From positions 1,241-65,240 of the forward strand of contig JBASRS010000029.1 in the NCBI GenBank assembly GCA_049273945.1: a stretch of DNA of 64,000 nt. The letters run 5' to 3'. This document shows positions 16,211-25,836 of the stretch, in pieces. Numbering within the stretch: the stretch's first letter is position 1; every line of letters begins with the position of its first letter. The position numbers and the translations under genes are program-made. The DNA comes from Terriglobales bacterium. Lineage in GTDB: Bacteria; Acidobacteriota; Terriglobia; Terriglobales; Acidobacteriaceae. The notes beneath the pieces are model-generated. The model had not been told where the DNA came from. It saw only the letters and a list, made by a program, of their open reading frames with translations, and did not search any database.

Positions 16211-16852
16211 TCATCCCTGAACCCGGCCCGCACGTCCCTTTCGCGCCGCGCGTCGCGGTTTGACGCCCACCGCCTTCTCCAGTTCTTGAACGGCAATCGC
16301 CAGTTCCCGAGTAATCCGATTTGGTTTCCGCCGCTGAAATTCGTCGCTTAACGCGCGATAGTACCAGAGCGTCCCTTCCCGCCCGCCGCTGAATCGTTTC
16401 CAGATTGATTCCCCATCTTGACGATAATCGGCAACCACGGTCCGGACGTTATGCAGCTTGTCGGAGGCCGAAACCAGTCGCGTCTCGTGGTCTTCGTGCT
16501 TCAGCCTCTGCAGATACTCATTCTTGCGTACCACCCACTCCAGTTTCGGATTGCTGAACGAATCCGTGCAGCCCTCGACAATCTTCGCCACCCGCGCCCC
16601 AAACAATCGGCGGACTTCCCGCAACCTCGGCATGCCTCCGCAATCCTCCACTACATCATGCAAAAGTGCGGCGATGGCCATGTCTTCATCACCCCCGCCC
16701 TCCAGCACCAGGGACGCTACCGCCATCAGATGCGAAAGATAGGGCACCGCCGACTGCTTCCGCGTCTGCCCCGCGTGCTTCTCCGCGGCATAGCGAAACG
16801 CCCGCTGCAGCCCAGGACCAAGATGCGGAGGTGGTGCGCCCGCCCGGCTCAC
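16211..16852 (-). CDS. HD-domain phosphohydrolase (RelA/SpoT-hydrolase-like, small alarmone hydrolase candidate)
   Basis: FRYAAEKHAGQTRKQSAVPYLSHLMAVASLVL....DMAIAALLHDVVEDC is the HD motif of (p)ppGpp hydrolase-type domains. Its start overlaps the prfB stop. Confidence 0.8.
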   Translation of the reverse strand: MSRAGAPPPHLGPGLQRAFRYAAEKHAGQTRKQSAVPYLSHLMAVASLVLEGGGDEDMAIAALLHDVVEDCGGMPRLREVRRLFGARVAKIVEGCTDSFSNPKLEWVVRKNEYLQRLKHEDHETRLVSASDKLHNVRTVVADYRQDGESIWKRFSGGREGTLWYYRALSDEFQRRKPNRITRELAIAVQELEKAVGVKPRRAARKGRAGRVQG

Positions 16853-17953
16853 GATTTCCTCTCACCCCTGCGCATCCGCAGATAAGCCTGCATAAATGGC
16901 CGGAGATCCCCGTCCAGCAAGCGATCCACGTCGCCCACTTCCAGCTTCGTGCGGTGATCCTTGATCAGCCGGTAAGGTTGCAACACGTACGAGCGAATCT
17001 GCGACCCGAAATCGATATCCAGCTTGGAGTCCTCGATCTGCTTCGTGACCTCGCGCTTCTTCTCCATCTCGAACTCATAGAGCTTCGAGCGCAGCATGCT
17101 CATCGCCTTTTCCTTGTTCTTGTGCTGCGAGCGCTCATTTTGGCAACTGGCCACGAGCCCGGTGGGCAGATGCGTGATCCGCACCGCCGAATCGGTCGTA
17201 TTCACGTGCTGCCCGCCCTTACCGCTTGAGCGGTAGGTATCCACCCTCAAATCTTCCGGCTTGATGACGACCTCAATGGTCTCGTCAATTTCCGGCGAGA
17301 CAAAGACGCTGGCAAACGAAGTGTGGCGCCGCTTCGCCTGATCGAACGGCGAAATCCGCACTAGGCGATGTACGCCAATCTCGCTCGTCAGATAACCGAA
17401 GGCATACTCGCCGTTGACCGCAAACGTCGCCGACTTGATGCCCGCCTCTTCCCCCGGCTGGTAGTCATACATTTCCGTCTTGAAGCCCTGCCGCTCCGCC
17501 CACCGCAGATACATTCGCAACAGCATCTCAGCCCAGTCTTGCGACTCGGTTCCTCCCGCTCCCGGATGGATCGTCACAATGGCGTTTCTTGCGTCGTTCT
17601 CCCCGGAGAGCAATGTCTCGGTCTCAACCCGGTCCACCAGTTCGCGCAGGGCGTCCAGTTCGCGCTGCAAGTCGGTTATGACGTTTTCGCCTTCGCCTGC
17701 CAGGTCGAAGTAGGCACCGATGTCTTGGGTTCGCCGCACCAGATCGCCCTCCAGCGACAACACTTCTTCCAGGCGCTTGCGCTCCCGCATCACTTGTTGA
17801 GATCTTGCCGGATTCGACCAGAGATTCGGATCGGCTGCCTGCTTCTCGATCTCGGCGAACTGCTGGCGCAGTTTGCCCGCGTCAAAGATACTCCCGGAGG
17901 TCGTGTACTTTGGTCTTGAGAGCCGCGTATTGCTGTTCGAGTTCGTCCAACAT
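16849..17953 (-). CDS. prfB: peptide chain release factor 2, made by a programmed +1 frameshift (segments 17953..17885 and 17883..16849)
   Basis: ORF0 reads MLDELEQQYAALKTKVHDLREYL, then in-frame TGA. The +1 frame continues DAGKLRQQFAEIEKQAADPNLWSNP...GGTESQDWAEML...RSSGKGGQHVNTTDSAVRITH (SPF-region and GGQ motifs). The total is about 367 aa. Confidence 0.95.
17881..17896 (-). promoter_or_regulatory. RF2 autoregulatory +1 frameshift site
   Basis: The minus strand reads CGGGAG-TAT-CTT-TGA-C. This is an SD-like GGGAG three nt before the CUU UGA C slippery/stop context, almost the same as the classical E. coli site. Confidence 0.9.
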
Positions 17954-18007
17954 AGTAGCCAGTAGTCGGTGCCGATTCTGATTGCTGGCTACGGAATACT
18001 GGCTACT
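17954..18007. repeat. heptad-array hairpin joining the lnt stop codon to the prfB start codon
   Basis: The arrays read AGTAGCC AGTAGTC ... ATACTGG CTACTGA. AGTAGCCAGTA (17954-17964, immediately next to the prfB ATG) pairs with TACTGGCTACT (17997-18007, which contains the lnt TAG at 18003-18005). Confidence 0.8.
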
Positions 18008-19667
18008 GACTACCAGCCTTCAAGAATCGCGCAACCATCGCGCCCATAGAAATTATCGCACACAGATATGGGAACCAATCCCCGTGCCGCGTGTAGAACG
18101 TGGTACCGGATAGCAGCGCGTAGGGCGCTGCCAGCGCAGTCCGCATCTGGCGCCCGGTGGCCGCCACGATACGACCATATGGATCAACCGACGCCGTCAT
18201 CCCGGTATTGGTCCCCACCAGCAGCCAGCGCCCGTTCTCAACGGCGCGCATCTGCGTCATCTGCAGGTGTTGCTTCCAGGCGCCGCTGTCGCCATACCAG
18301 CCGTCGTTGGTGATGTTCACCAGCACATCGGCCCCGCGCAGCGCATACTCGCGCACCTCATCGGGGAAGATCGACTCGTAGCAGATAACAACTCCGAGCC
18401 GTTGTCCGCCGGCGTCCAGCGGTTCCCGCGAATGCCCCCACGCGAAGTTCCCAACCTGCTGCGTCAACATGTCCATGAACGGAAACGCGCGTTTGAAGGG
18501 CACATACTCGCCAAATGGCACCAAGTGCACTTTGTCGTAGCGCGCCGTCAGCTCGCCCTCCGGGTTGATCAACCCCGCCGAGTTGAAGAGCTCGCTGACG
18601 TGCTGCGGCGACGCTGAAGCGCTCTCCACTCCGATACTTCCGATCAGCAGCCAGGTCCGGCTCTGCCGCGCCAGCGCCGCCACCACCTCGCGGAAACTGG
18701 CGTCATTCAGGAAAAACGGCGACGGCGACTCCGGCCACACGATCAGGTCGAATGGCTGCCCTTCTTTTCCTCCCGGTGGATGCAGGCTAATCCACGTCAA
18801 GTCTCGCAGCGTCCCCTGAAAGTAATCGGTGGTCCAGCCCTCCTGTACGGGGATATTCGGCTGGACGAGCAGCGCCGTGTGATCCGCAGGCACCGCGGGT
18901 GGCGCCAGCCACTGCCCTGCCTGCAGGAGAATCGCCGCCGCAGAAGCCGCCGCCAGCAGCCACTTCCGCCGCTCTTTCGCCATCAGAAACGCCGCCGCGA
19001 ACACGCCGTTCACGAGCATGATTTCAAACGAGAGCCCGTACACCCCGGTCAGGGTCGCAAGCCGCGTGAGCGTCCAATTCCCCGTCTCCGCGTAGCCGAG
19101 CAGATTCCATGGAAACGCCGAGATTCGCGTCCGTGCCAGTTCCAGCACCACCCAGACGAACGGAGCCACCAGCAGCGCACGCCGCTGGCTAGCCTTGCCT
19201 CCGCCGACCACTGCCACGAACAGTCCAAAAAGTCCGTGATAGAGGCCGACATACATGCAGCCTGCCAGCTGGACCAGCAGCGCAACGGGAATCGCCAGCC
19301 CGCCATACCGATGCATTGCGTCAAACACCCAGTAGCAGCTTCCCGCATACCAGAGAATCCCGCACGCGTAAGCCAGCAGAAATCCCTGCCACGGACTGGC
19401 GGGCGCCAGCCGCACCGGTGCGTCCACGTGCAACGTTTCTGGAACTCGGGCACGTAGCAGCGCAATCAGCAGCGGCGCCACCGCAACCCAGCAGAGCCAG
19501 TACAATCCGGGCAAGGGAAAAATCAGAACCTGCAGGACGGCCGAGAGCAGCACCAGGCGCCAGGCACTGGAATGGATCTTTCGCACGCCGCAAGAATAGC
19601 AAACTCGAATCGCTTCCCGGCATGCCTCCGCTCCCGTCTGTTCTCCAACTCTCGTATCAGATAACAT
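18003..19667 (-). CDS. lnt: apolipoprotein N-acyltransferase
   Basis: Multi-TM N-terminal half. The CN-hydrolase half carries the E-K-C triad contexts LIVWPESP, YDKVHLVPFGEYVP and VVICYESIFP. ATG 19667 is chosen; the first 50 codons of the ORF-track version look non-coding. Confidence 0.85.
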   Translation of the reverse strand: MLSDTRVGEQTGAEACREAIRVCYSCGVRKIHSSAWRLVLLSAVLQVLIFPLPGLYWLCWVAVAPLLIALLRARVPETLHVDAPVRLAPASPWQGFLLAYACGILWYAGSCYWVFDAMHRYGGLAIPVALLVQLAGCMYVGLYHGLFGLFVAVVGGGKASQRRALLVAPFVWVVLELARTRISAFPWNLLGYAETGNWTLTRLATLTGVYGLSFEIMLVNGVFAAAFLMAKERRKWLLAAASAAAILLQAGQWLAPPAVPADHTALLVQPNIPVQEGWTTDYFQGTLRDLTWISLHPPGGKEGQPFDLIVWPESPSPFFLNDASFREVVAALARQSRTWLLIGSIGVESASASPQHVSELFNSAGLINPEGELTARYDKVHLVPFGEYVPFKRAFPFMDMLTQQVGNFAWGHSREPLDAGGQRLGVVICYESIFPDEVREYALRGADVLVNITNDGWYGDSGAWKQHLQMTQMRAVENGRWLLVGTNTGMTASVDPYGRIVAATGRQMRTALAAPYALLSGTTFYTRHGDWFPYLCAIISMGAMVARFLKAGSQ

Positions 19668-19838
19668 GTTGTGCTTATGTCCCTGTTGCTTCTGCTGCTG
19701 GTGCGCATCCTGGAAGGCATGTTTATCGTCGGCTCCATCGGTTCGCTTGTGGTGCTGGTGCTCAGCGCTATCGATGATCTGAAAACGCTGTTTGGTATGG
19801 AGGAAGACGCGAACCACCCCTAGGGGCGCCGATCCTGA

Positions 19839-22220
19839 ATGTCCTCACCCATCCAGCCCGCATCGCCGGGTTCGAACCGCGTTCGAATCGTGGTCGCCAC
19901 CTCGGTGATGCTGACCTTCATCTCCTACTGGCGCGCCGCCGCCATCGTGCTCAACGACCTGGGGTCGTCCGCCTTTTATGCCTGCGGCATCGCCGAGCAG
20001 GCGGTCGGCAAGGCGGCGCCCTGGTTCATCGTCGGCGTCATGCTCTTCTCATTCACGGTGCGCGCGGTCTACGTGGAGAGCTGCTCGATGTTTGTTCGCG
20101 GCGGCGTCTACCGCGTCGTCAAAGAGGCGCTCGGCGGCACCCTGGCTAAGATCAGCGTCTCGGCCCTGATGTTCGATTACATTCTCACCGGGCCCATTTC
20201 GGGTGTGTCGGCCGGCCAGTACATCGCCGGGCTGATCAACGAAACCCTCGCCACGGCCGACGCTCACGGCTGGATCCCGGGCGCTGTCCACAACATTTTT
20301 CACGGTACGCCCCACTTCAACGTCAATTGGACTTCGGTGGTGTTTGCCCTGGCCGTCACCCTCTATTTCTGGTGGGAAAACATCAAGGGCATCCACGAGT
20401 CCAGCGAAAAAGCACTTCGCGTCATGCAGATCACTACCGTCATGGTGGTGATTCTCCTGGCGTGGTCCGCACTGACGCTGGCCAAGTCGGGATACCAGAA
20501 CGTTCCTCTGCCCACCCCCGAGAATCTCCATTTCAGCAAAGAATCGCTCGGCTTCCTGAGCCACAGCTTCCCCGAGCAGAGTCTGGCACGCATGTTCGGC
20601 GTGCTCGGCATTCTGATGGCCTTCGGCCACTCCGTTCTGGCCATGAGCGGGGAAGAATCGCTCGCCCAGGTCAATCGGGAACTGGCGCATCCCAAGTTGA
20701 AGAACCTGAAGCGCGCCGCGATCATCATCGCGATCTACAGCTTCGTCTTCACCGGCCTGACGGCGCTGCTTTTCGTGATGCTGATTCCGGACTCGGTCCG
20801 GGTTTCGGTCTACAAGGACAATCTCATCGCCGGCCTCGCCATGTATCTGTGGGGCCCGCCCATCCTGCGCCTGCTTTTCCGCGGATTTGTCGTGGTGGTC
20901 GGCTTCCTGATCCTCTCCGGCGCCGTCAACACCGCCATCATCGGCTCCAACGGAGTTCTGAACCGCGTTTCCGAAGACGGCGTTTTGGCCGACTGGTTCC
21001 GATTTCCCCATCGTAAGTACGGCACCAGCCACCGCATCATCAATCTGGTCGTCCTGCTCCAGATCTTTACCATTCTCGCCAGCCGCGGCGACGTTTACGT
21101 CCTCGGCGAAGCCTATGCCTTTGGCGTGATCTGGAGCTTTACCTTCAAAAGCCTCGCCATGCTGGTTCTGCGCTTCAAATACAAGGGAGAGCGCGGCTGG
21201 AAGGTTCCGGTGAATATCTCCATCGCCGGATACGAAATCCCCATCGGCCTGGCTTCGGTCTTCCTTGTTCTCTTTGCGACTGCTCTCATCAACTTGTTTA
21301 CTAAGTCCGTCGCGACCGTTGCCGGCGTCGCTTTCTCCATCATCTTCTTCGTGATCTTCACGGCGTCCGAACATTTGAACCGGAAAAAACACGCGCTCGT
21401 CCAGCAGCAGATGAATGATCAGTTCCAGCTCCTGCAGCGCGACACGGTGGAGCGGAGCGCTCTCAACATTCGCCCGGGCAATGTGCTGGTTCCGGTGCGC
21501 GACTACAACACGCTGAACCATCTCCGCTGGGCGCTGGAGAGGATCGACACCCGCGAACAGGACGTGGTGGTGATGTCCGCCCGCGTCAGCCGCTTTGGCG
21601 CCGCCGCCTACGATCTCTCCATGGAGCAGATCTTCAGCGATTACGAGCAGACCCTCTTCACCCGCGCCGTGGCGGTGGCCGAGGGCGTGGGGAAACACGT
21701 TTCTCTGCTGGTAGTTCCCGCCGGAGATGTCTGGTCGGCGATCGTGCAGACGGCCAACAACCTCGAGTCCTCGGCGGTGGTCGCGGGTCTATCCAGCAAG
21801 ATGACAACTGCGGAGCAGGCCTTTGCTATGGGCCACGCCTGGGAGGCTTTGCCCGAGCCCAAGCGGCAGTTCGTGCTGCAGATCGTTCGCCCGGACGGCC
21901 AAGTCGACTCTTTCCGTATCGGCCCCCACACTCCCACCATGAAGAATGAGGATGTCCTGCTGCTGCATCGCTTGTGGCTGAACATCACCCGCGAACCGGG
22001 CTTAGAGAATGTGCACCACCACGAAATCCTGACCGAAGCCCTCACCCGCTTCGCCCACGATTATGCCGCCCGCGACCGCGAGGACATCGTCAAGGAACTT
22101 CGCCGGATCACCGGCGAGGGCAGTACTTCCACACCGCGCCGCAGCGCTGGTCAGACCCGCCCCGTGCAGAAGGAGCCCACCCACCCCGGCCCCGATGACG
22201 GTCCGCCGGTGGGACCGTAG
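19839..22220 (+). CDS. APC-superfamily amino-acid/polyamine permease fused to a C-terminal universal-stress-protein-like domain
   Basis: About 12 TM helices over the first ~520 aa. A soluble domain follows (VLVPVRDYNTLNHLRWALERIDTREQDVVVMSARV...HVSLLVVPAGDVWSAIVQTANNLESSAVVAG) resembling USP/adenine-nucleotide alpha-hydrolase folds. Confidence 0.8.
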   Translation: MSSPIQPASPGSNRVRIVVATSVMLTFISYWRAAAIVLNDLGSSAFYACGIAEQAVGKAAPWFIVGVMLFSFTVRAVYVESCSMFVRGGVYRVVKEALGGTLAKISVSALMFDYILTGPISGVSAGQYIAGLINETLATADAHGWIPGAVHNIFHGTPHFNVNWTSVVFALAVTLYFWWENIKGIHESSEKALRVMQITTVMVVILLAWSALTLAKSGYQNVPLPTPENLHFSKESLGFLSHSFPEQSLARMFGVLGILMAFGHSVLAMSGEESLAQVNRELAHPKLKNLKRAAIIIAIYSFVFTGLTALLFVMLIPDSVRVSVYKDNLIAGLAMYLWGPPILRLLFRGFVVVVGFLILSGAVNTAIIGSNGVLNRVSEDGVLADWFRFPHRKYGTSHRIINLVVLLQIFTILASRGDVYVLGEAYAFGVIWSFTFKSLAMLVLRFKYKGERGWKVPVNISIAGYEIPIGLASVFLVLFATALINLFTKSVATVAGVAFSIIFFVIFTASEHLNRKKHALVQQQMNDQFQLLQRDTVERSALNIRPGNVLVPVRDYNTLNHLRWALERIDTREQDVVVMSARVSRFGAAAYDLSMEQIFSDYEQTLFTRAVAVAEGVGKHVSLLVVPAGDVWSAIVQTANNLESSAVVAGLSSKMTTAEQAFAMGHAWEALPEPKRQFVLQIVRPDGQVDSFRIGPHTPTMKNEDVLLLHRLWLNITREPGLENVHHHEILTEALTRFAHDYAARDREDIVKELRRITGEGSTSTPRRSAGQTRPVQKEPTHPGPDDGPPVGP

Positions 22221-22277
22221 TTCGTGGCTCGTGAATTCCGGTTGCACCCGCGCGTGCGAACTGCGAACTACGAACTA
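22218..22277. repeat. heptad-array hairpin between convergent genes whose stem includes both stop codons
   Basis: TAG-TTCGTGG CTCGTGA ... GCGAACT GCGAACT ACGAACT-A. TAGTTCGT (22218-22225) pairs with ACGAACTA (22270-22277). Confidence 0.8.
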
Positions 22278-22793
22278 CTTGATCTTCGGTGAACTCTCGT
22301 CCGCCGCCTTCTGATCGTCGTCGTGAATCCCTCCATCCTCTTCCGCGTAGAACGACCGGTGCTCGTTGTCCATCTGCTTGGGAGTCATTGTCAATATGAA
22401 GCCATCCTTCTGGGAACGGAAACCCACGGTGTAGTCCCCGCGCTCGGTCGAGCGCGCCATGCGCTTGGTTAACGACCCCGTCCCCGCCAAGGCAGGCAGT
22501 GATTCTGCGAACTTGTTATGCCGCTTCTTATATTCCTTCTGCGCGCGCAGCACTACTCGCATGTAGCCCAGCGCCTGCGCCTCCGCTTCCGAGCGCGCCG
22601 GATCCCCCGGGAACTTCGGCTGATACGTCACCGGAGCCGGAGCCGGCGCTGTAGCGGGGGCCGGGGGCGCGGCCTCCTGTGTCTGAACCGGCTGCGTACC
22701 CGGTGCCGGAGCCTGTCCGCTCGCCAGCATTGCTCCCGCCAGGCACACCGCAACTGCCCCTGCCCAAAATCGCTGAATCCGCCTCTGGCTCAC
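22275..22793 (-). CDS. hypothetical secreted protein (weak resemblance to pilin-like globular domains)
   Basis: GGAGGA lies 7 nt before GTG 22793. Signal peptide RRIQRFWAGAVAVCLAGAMLASGQA, then a Pro/Ala linker, then ALGYMRVVLRAQKEYKKRHNKFAESLPALAG...GDYTVGF...GFILTMTP. Confidence 0.5.
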   Translation of the reverse strand: MSQRRIQRFWAGAVAVCLAGAMLASGQAPAPGTQPVQTQEAAPPAPATAPAPAPVTYQPKFPGDPARSEAEAQALGYMRVVLRAQKEYKKRHNKFAESLPALAGTGSLTKRMARSTERGDYTVGFRSQKDGFILTMTPKQMDNEHRSFYAEEDGGIHDDDQKAADESSPKIK

Positions 22794-22920
22794 CGAGAAT
22801 TCCTCCTGCAGACCGCCTGGTTGGACGTTACCCACGTAATTTCCGTTTAGTACCAATCGTTCCAATTCCATTCCAAATCAGGCAATCTTCTATTTGGATG
22901 CAATCCTAACAGGGAAACCA

Positions 22921-23577
22921 ATGAAAGCTGCAGTCGCGAGAAAGCCGCTCATTCGTATCGCCGTTGTGGAAAGCGATCCACTTCGGTTCGTGGGATTCCG
23001 CGCACTCTTCGATTCCGAGCCCGATCTGGAATTGGTCTCCGCCTCGCTCGCCGACCTGGGCCAGCTTCCCAACATTGATCTTGTCCTGCTCGGGAACCGC
23101 TCCGGCCAGAATCTGTTCGACATCATGGCCAGCCTGAAGGCCGTCCGACCCGACCTGCGCATCATCGTCACCGGCTCGGGCATGGATGATGAAAGCGTCC
23201 TCAAGGCCATCGCTGCGGGCGCCAAGGGCTATGTGGACGAAGCCGCTTCGCCCACTGAATTTGTGCAGGCTTTACGCGTAGTGAACCAAGGTTCCGTCTG
23301 GGCCCCACGCCGCGTGCTCTCGACCTTCATCGAACGCGTGACTGCTTCACCCGGCCGCATCTTCCCCGCCGGCCGCGTCACCTTCACGGATCGCGAAAAG
23401 GAAGTTCTCGAAATGCTGGTGGCTGGCCGCTCCAACAAAGAAATCGGAGCCGCGCTCGGTATCGAAGAGCGAACGGTCAAGGCCCATGTGGCCAAACTGA
23501 TGCGAAAAGTAGGCGTGCAAAACCGTATCGCCCTCTCGGTCCACGCCATCACCCATTCGCTGGTGACTGCGAAGTAG
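22921..23577 (+). CDS. LuxR/NarL-family regulator with a degenerate (Asp-less) receiver domain
   Basis: HTH: FTDREKEVLEMLVAGRSNKEIGAALGIEERTVKAHVAKLMRKVGV. Receiver: IRIAVVESDP...IDLVLLGNRS...IIVTGSG...GAKGYVDEA, so the phospho-acceptor position is Gly. Confidence 0.8.
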   Translation: MKAAVARKPLIRIAVVESDPLRFVGFRALFDSEPDLELVSASLADLGQLPNIDLVLLGNRSGQNLFDIMASLKAVRPDLRIIVTGSGMDDESVLKAIAAGAKGYVDEAASPTEFVQALRVVNQGSVWAPRRVLSTFIERVTASPGRIFPAGRVTFTDREKEVLEMLVAGRSNKEIGAALGIEERTVKAHVAKLMRKVGVQNRIALSVHAITHSLVTAK

Positions 23578-23909
23578 TTGTAGCGCCGACGCCCTTACCG
23601 GAGGAGTGTCCGGCCGGCGCCGCGCCGGTCGTAGTCCCTGATCGCGACTACCTCCTGTCCTTCCGCCCTTTCCAAAGTTACTCGAGGACAGTGACCCTCG
23701 TAATCTTGCCGCCCCTATCCGCCTGCCGCATACTCGCCTCACCTACCACAGAACCTGGGAGACGGGGTTGGGAGTGGAGATTAGGGTCGCCACTGTCAGC
23801 CCCGATTTTTTTGCTTTCATAATCCCGGCTCACTCTGACTACTAGTCGCCTGCCTCTCACCTCGCATCCTATAGAATTAGGACAGTTCCAATCTCCCAAG
23901 TGAGGCATC

Positions 23910-24599
23910 ATGCGAAAGCTCCTGGCTCTGGCGTTAGCTCTCTGTTTGCTGACCACAGTTCTCTCCGCTTCTGACGAAGACACCAAGGCTGTCAAGCGCG
24001 TAGAGTCGGCAGCCACCGTTCTCGACGAAATCCAGTCCGCGCCCGACAAGGGCATGCCCGAAGAAGTGCTCGGTTCCGCGGAATGTGTGGCCGTAATTCC
24101 TACACTGCTGAAAGGCGGCTTTATTTTCGGCGCGCGCTACGGCAAAGGCGTAGCCAGTTGCCGCACCCCCAAAGGCTGGAGCGCTCCTGCCTTCTTCACC
24201 ATCGGTGGCGGCAGCTTCGGCCTGCAGATTGGCGCCGAAGCCGTAGATCTCGTAATGTTGATCATGAACAAAGAAGGCATGAAGAACCTGCTTTCCAGCA
24301 ACTTCAAGCTGGGCGCTGACGCCAGCGCCGCCGCCGGCCCGGTAGGACGCCACGCCTCCGCCGACACTGACTGGAAATTGAAAGCCCAGATCCTCACCTA
24401 CTCCCGCGCCCGCGGCGCCTTCGCCGGCCTGGAACTCACCGGCGCCGTCGTCAAGCAAGACAAAGACAGCACCCGCGACTTCTACGGCCGCATGGTCCCG
24501 TTCAAGACGTCACTGGAAGGAAACATCGACCCGCCCCAGTCCGCCTATCCGTTCCTGAACACCTTGGCCAAGTGGGCGAAAGCAGCCGAAGCTAGGTGA
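23910..24599 (+). CDS. SYLF (Ysc84/DUF500) lipid-binding domain protein, secreted
   Basis: Signal peptide MRKLLALALALCLLTTVLSA. Then ECVAVIPTLLKGGFIFGARYGKGVASCRT..GWSAPAFFTIGGGSFGLQIGAEAVDLVMLIMN, typical of SYLF. Confidence 0.85.
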   Translation: MRKLLALALALCLLTTVLSASDEDTKAVKRVESAATVLDEIQSAPDKGMPEEVLGSAECVAVIPTLLKGGFIFGARYGKGVASCRTPKGWSAPAFFTIGGGSFGLQIGAEAVDLVMLIMNKEGMKNLLSSNFKLGADASAAAGPVGRHASADTDWKLKAQILTYSRARGAFAGLELTGAVVKQDKDSTRDFYGRMVPFKTSLEGNIDPPQSAYPFLNTLAKWAKAAEAR

Positions 24600-24613
24600 C
24601 CTGCCTGTGCTTG

Positions 24614-24640
24614 TGTGGGGGCGGGTCTCTGACCCGCCCG
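24614..24640 (+). repeat. REP-like hairpin, variant of the GTAGGGAC family (first hairpin only, copy R4)
   Basis: GTGGGGGCGGGT-CTCTG-ACCCGCCC. It has the same loop (CTCTG) and stem core (GGGT/ACCC) as the copy at 32339. Confidence 0.6.
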
Positions 24641-24708
24641 GCTTGGTCAAAGGACCCGGCCCACACCCACCTTGCAGAGTGCGCCTCCAACCCCTAAACT
24701 CCCGCACA

Positions 24709-25608
24709 GTGCGTGAACGTCTCGAATACTGGATTGTCTGGCTGTGGGTAAAGACGGTTGGCCTCCTTCCCCGCCCACTGGCCCGCGCCCAAGGCATCAC
24801 TCTCGGCCTCATCGTTTACCTCCTCCACGGACGCCTGCGCCGCGTCGGTATGCGCAATCTCGCTCTGGCTTTTCCCCAGATGTCCCCCCGTGACCGCCGC
24901 CGCATTCTCCGAGGCACGTACGTCTCCCTGGGACGCCAGCTCGCCGAAGTCTGCCTCTTCCCTCACTACACTCGCGAAAACGTCAGCCGCATCGTCGTGT
25001 ACGACGGCTTCAAGAACTTCGAGCGCGCCTTTGCGAGTGGCAAGGGCGTTCTTTTCCTCACGGCTCATCTCGGCGCCTGGGAACTCTCCGCCTTCGCCCA
25101 TTCCCTGCAGGGCCACCCGCTCTCGATCGTCATGCGCTCGCTGGACAACCCCCGAGTCGACCGCTTGATCGAGGGCTACCGCACCCTGCACGGCAACCGC
25201 ACCGTGGACAAAGACGACTTCGTCCGCGGCCTTCTCGCCGCCATGCGTAATGGAGAAACCGTAGGCATCCTGATGGACACCAACATGACTCCGCCGCAGG
25301 GCGTCTTCGTAGATTTTTTCGGCATCCCCGCCTGCACCGCTAGCGGCCTTGCCCGTATCGCTCTGCGCACCGACGCCGCCGTCGTCCCCGGCTTCACGGT
25401 CTGGGATGCAAAGCTCCGCAAATACATCCTGCGCTTCGACCCCGCCGTCGAACTCGTCCGCACCGGGGACGATCAAGCTGACGTGGTCGCCAACACGGCA
25501 AAATTCACAAAAATCATCGAGGATTATGCCCGCCGCTACCCCGACCAGTGGCTCTGGGTCCACCGCCGCTGGAAAACGCGGCCCGAAGGCGAGCCGCCGC
25601 TGTATTAA
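24709..25608 (+). CDS. LpxL/HtrB-family lysophospholipid (lipid A late) acyltransferase
   Basis: ...GKGVLFLTAHLGAWELSA (H-x4-E acyltransferase motif) ...GILMDTN....GVFVDFFG.PA.T..G.ARIAL... GTG 24709 is chosen because the ORF-track start at 24607 would translate through a REP hairpin. Confidence 0.75.
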   Translation: MRERLEYWIVWLWVKTVGLLPRPLARAQGITLGLIVYLLHGRLRRVGMRNLALAFPQMSPRDRRRILRGTYVSLGRQLAEVCLFPHYTRENVSRIVVYDGFKNFERAFASGKGVLFLTAHLGAWELSAFAHSLQGHPLSIVMRSLDNPRVDRLIEGYRTLHGNRTVDKDDFVRGLLAAMRNGETVGILMDTNMTPPQGVFVDFFGIPACTASGLARIALRTDAAVVPGFTVWDAKLRKYILRFDPAVELVRTGDDQADVVANTAKFTKIIEDYARRYPDQWLWVHRRWKTRPEGEPPLY

Positions 25609-25836
25609 TGGTTTCAAGACTGGCTCTCGCAGCAAAAACCCATCTGACCCCAGATAGTCCATACCTTTCACATGCTGCGATGAACCATGTTCGACCTGGC
25701 CTTTGGGTGGCGCAGCGCTTGGAAGCGCTGCGGTAAGGGAGTTCCTTCCAACGATGGCTTCAGCCGCTGAGGTCCATGCAGGTCCGACCTGCCCTCTCCA
25801 TTGCGGACCCTGCCCGCTAACGCGACAATAAGGACC

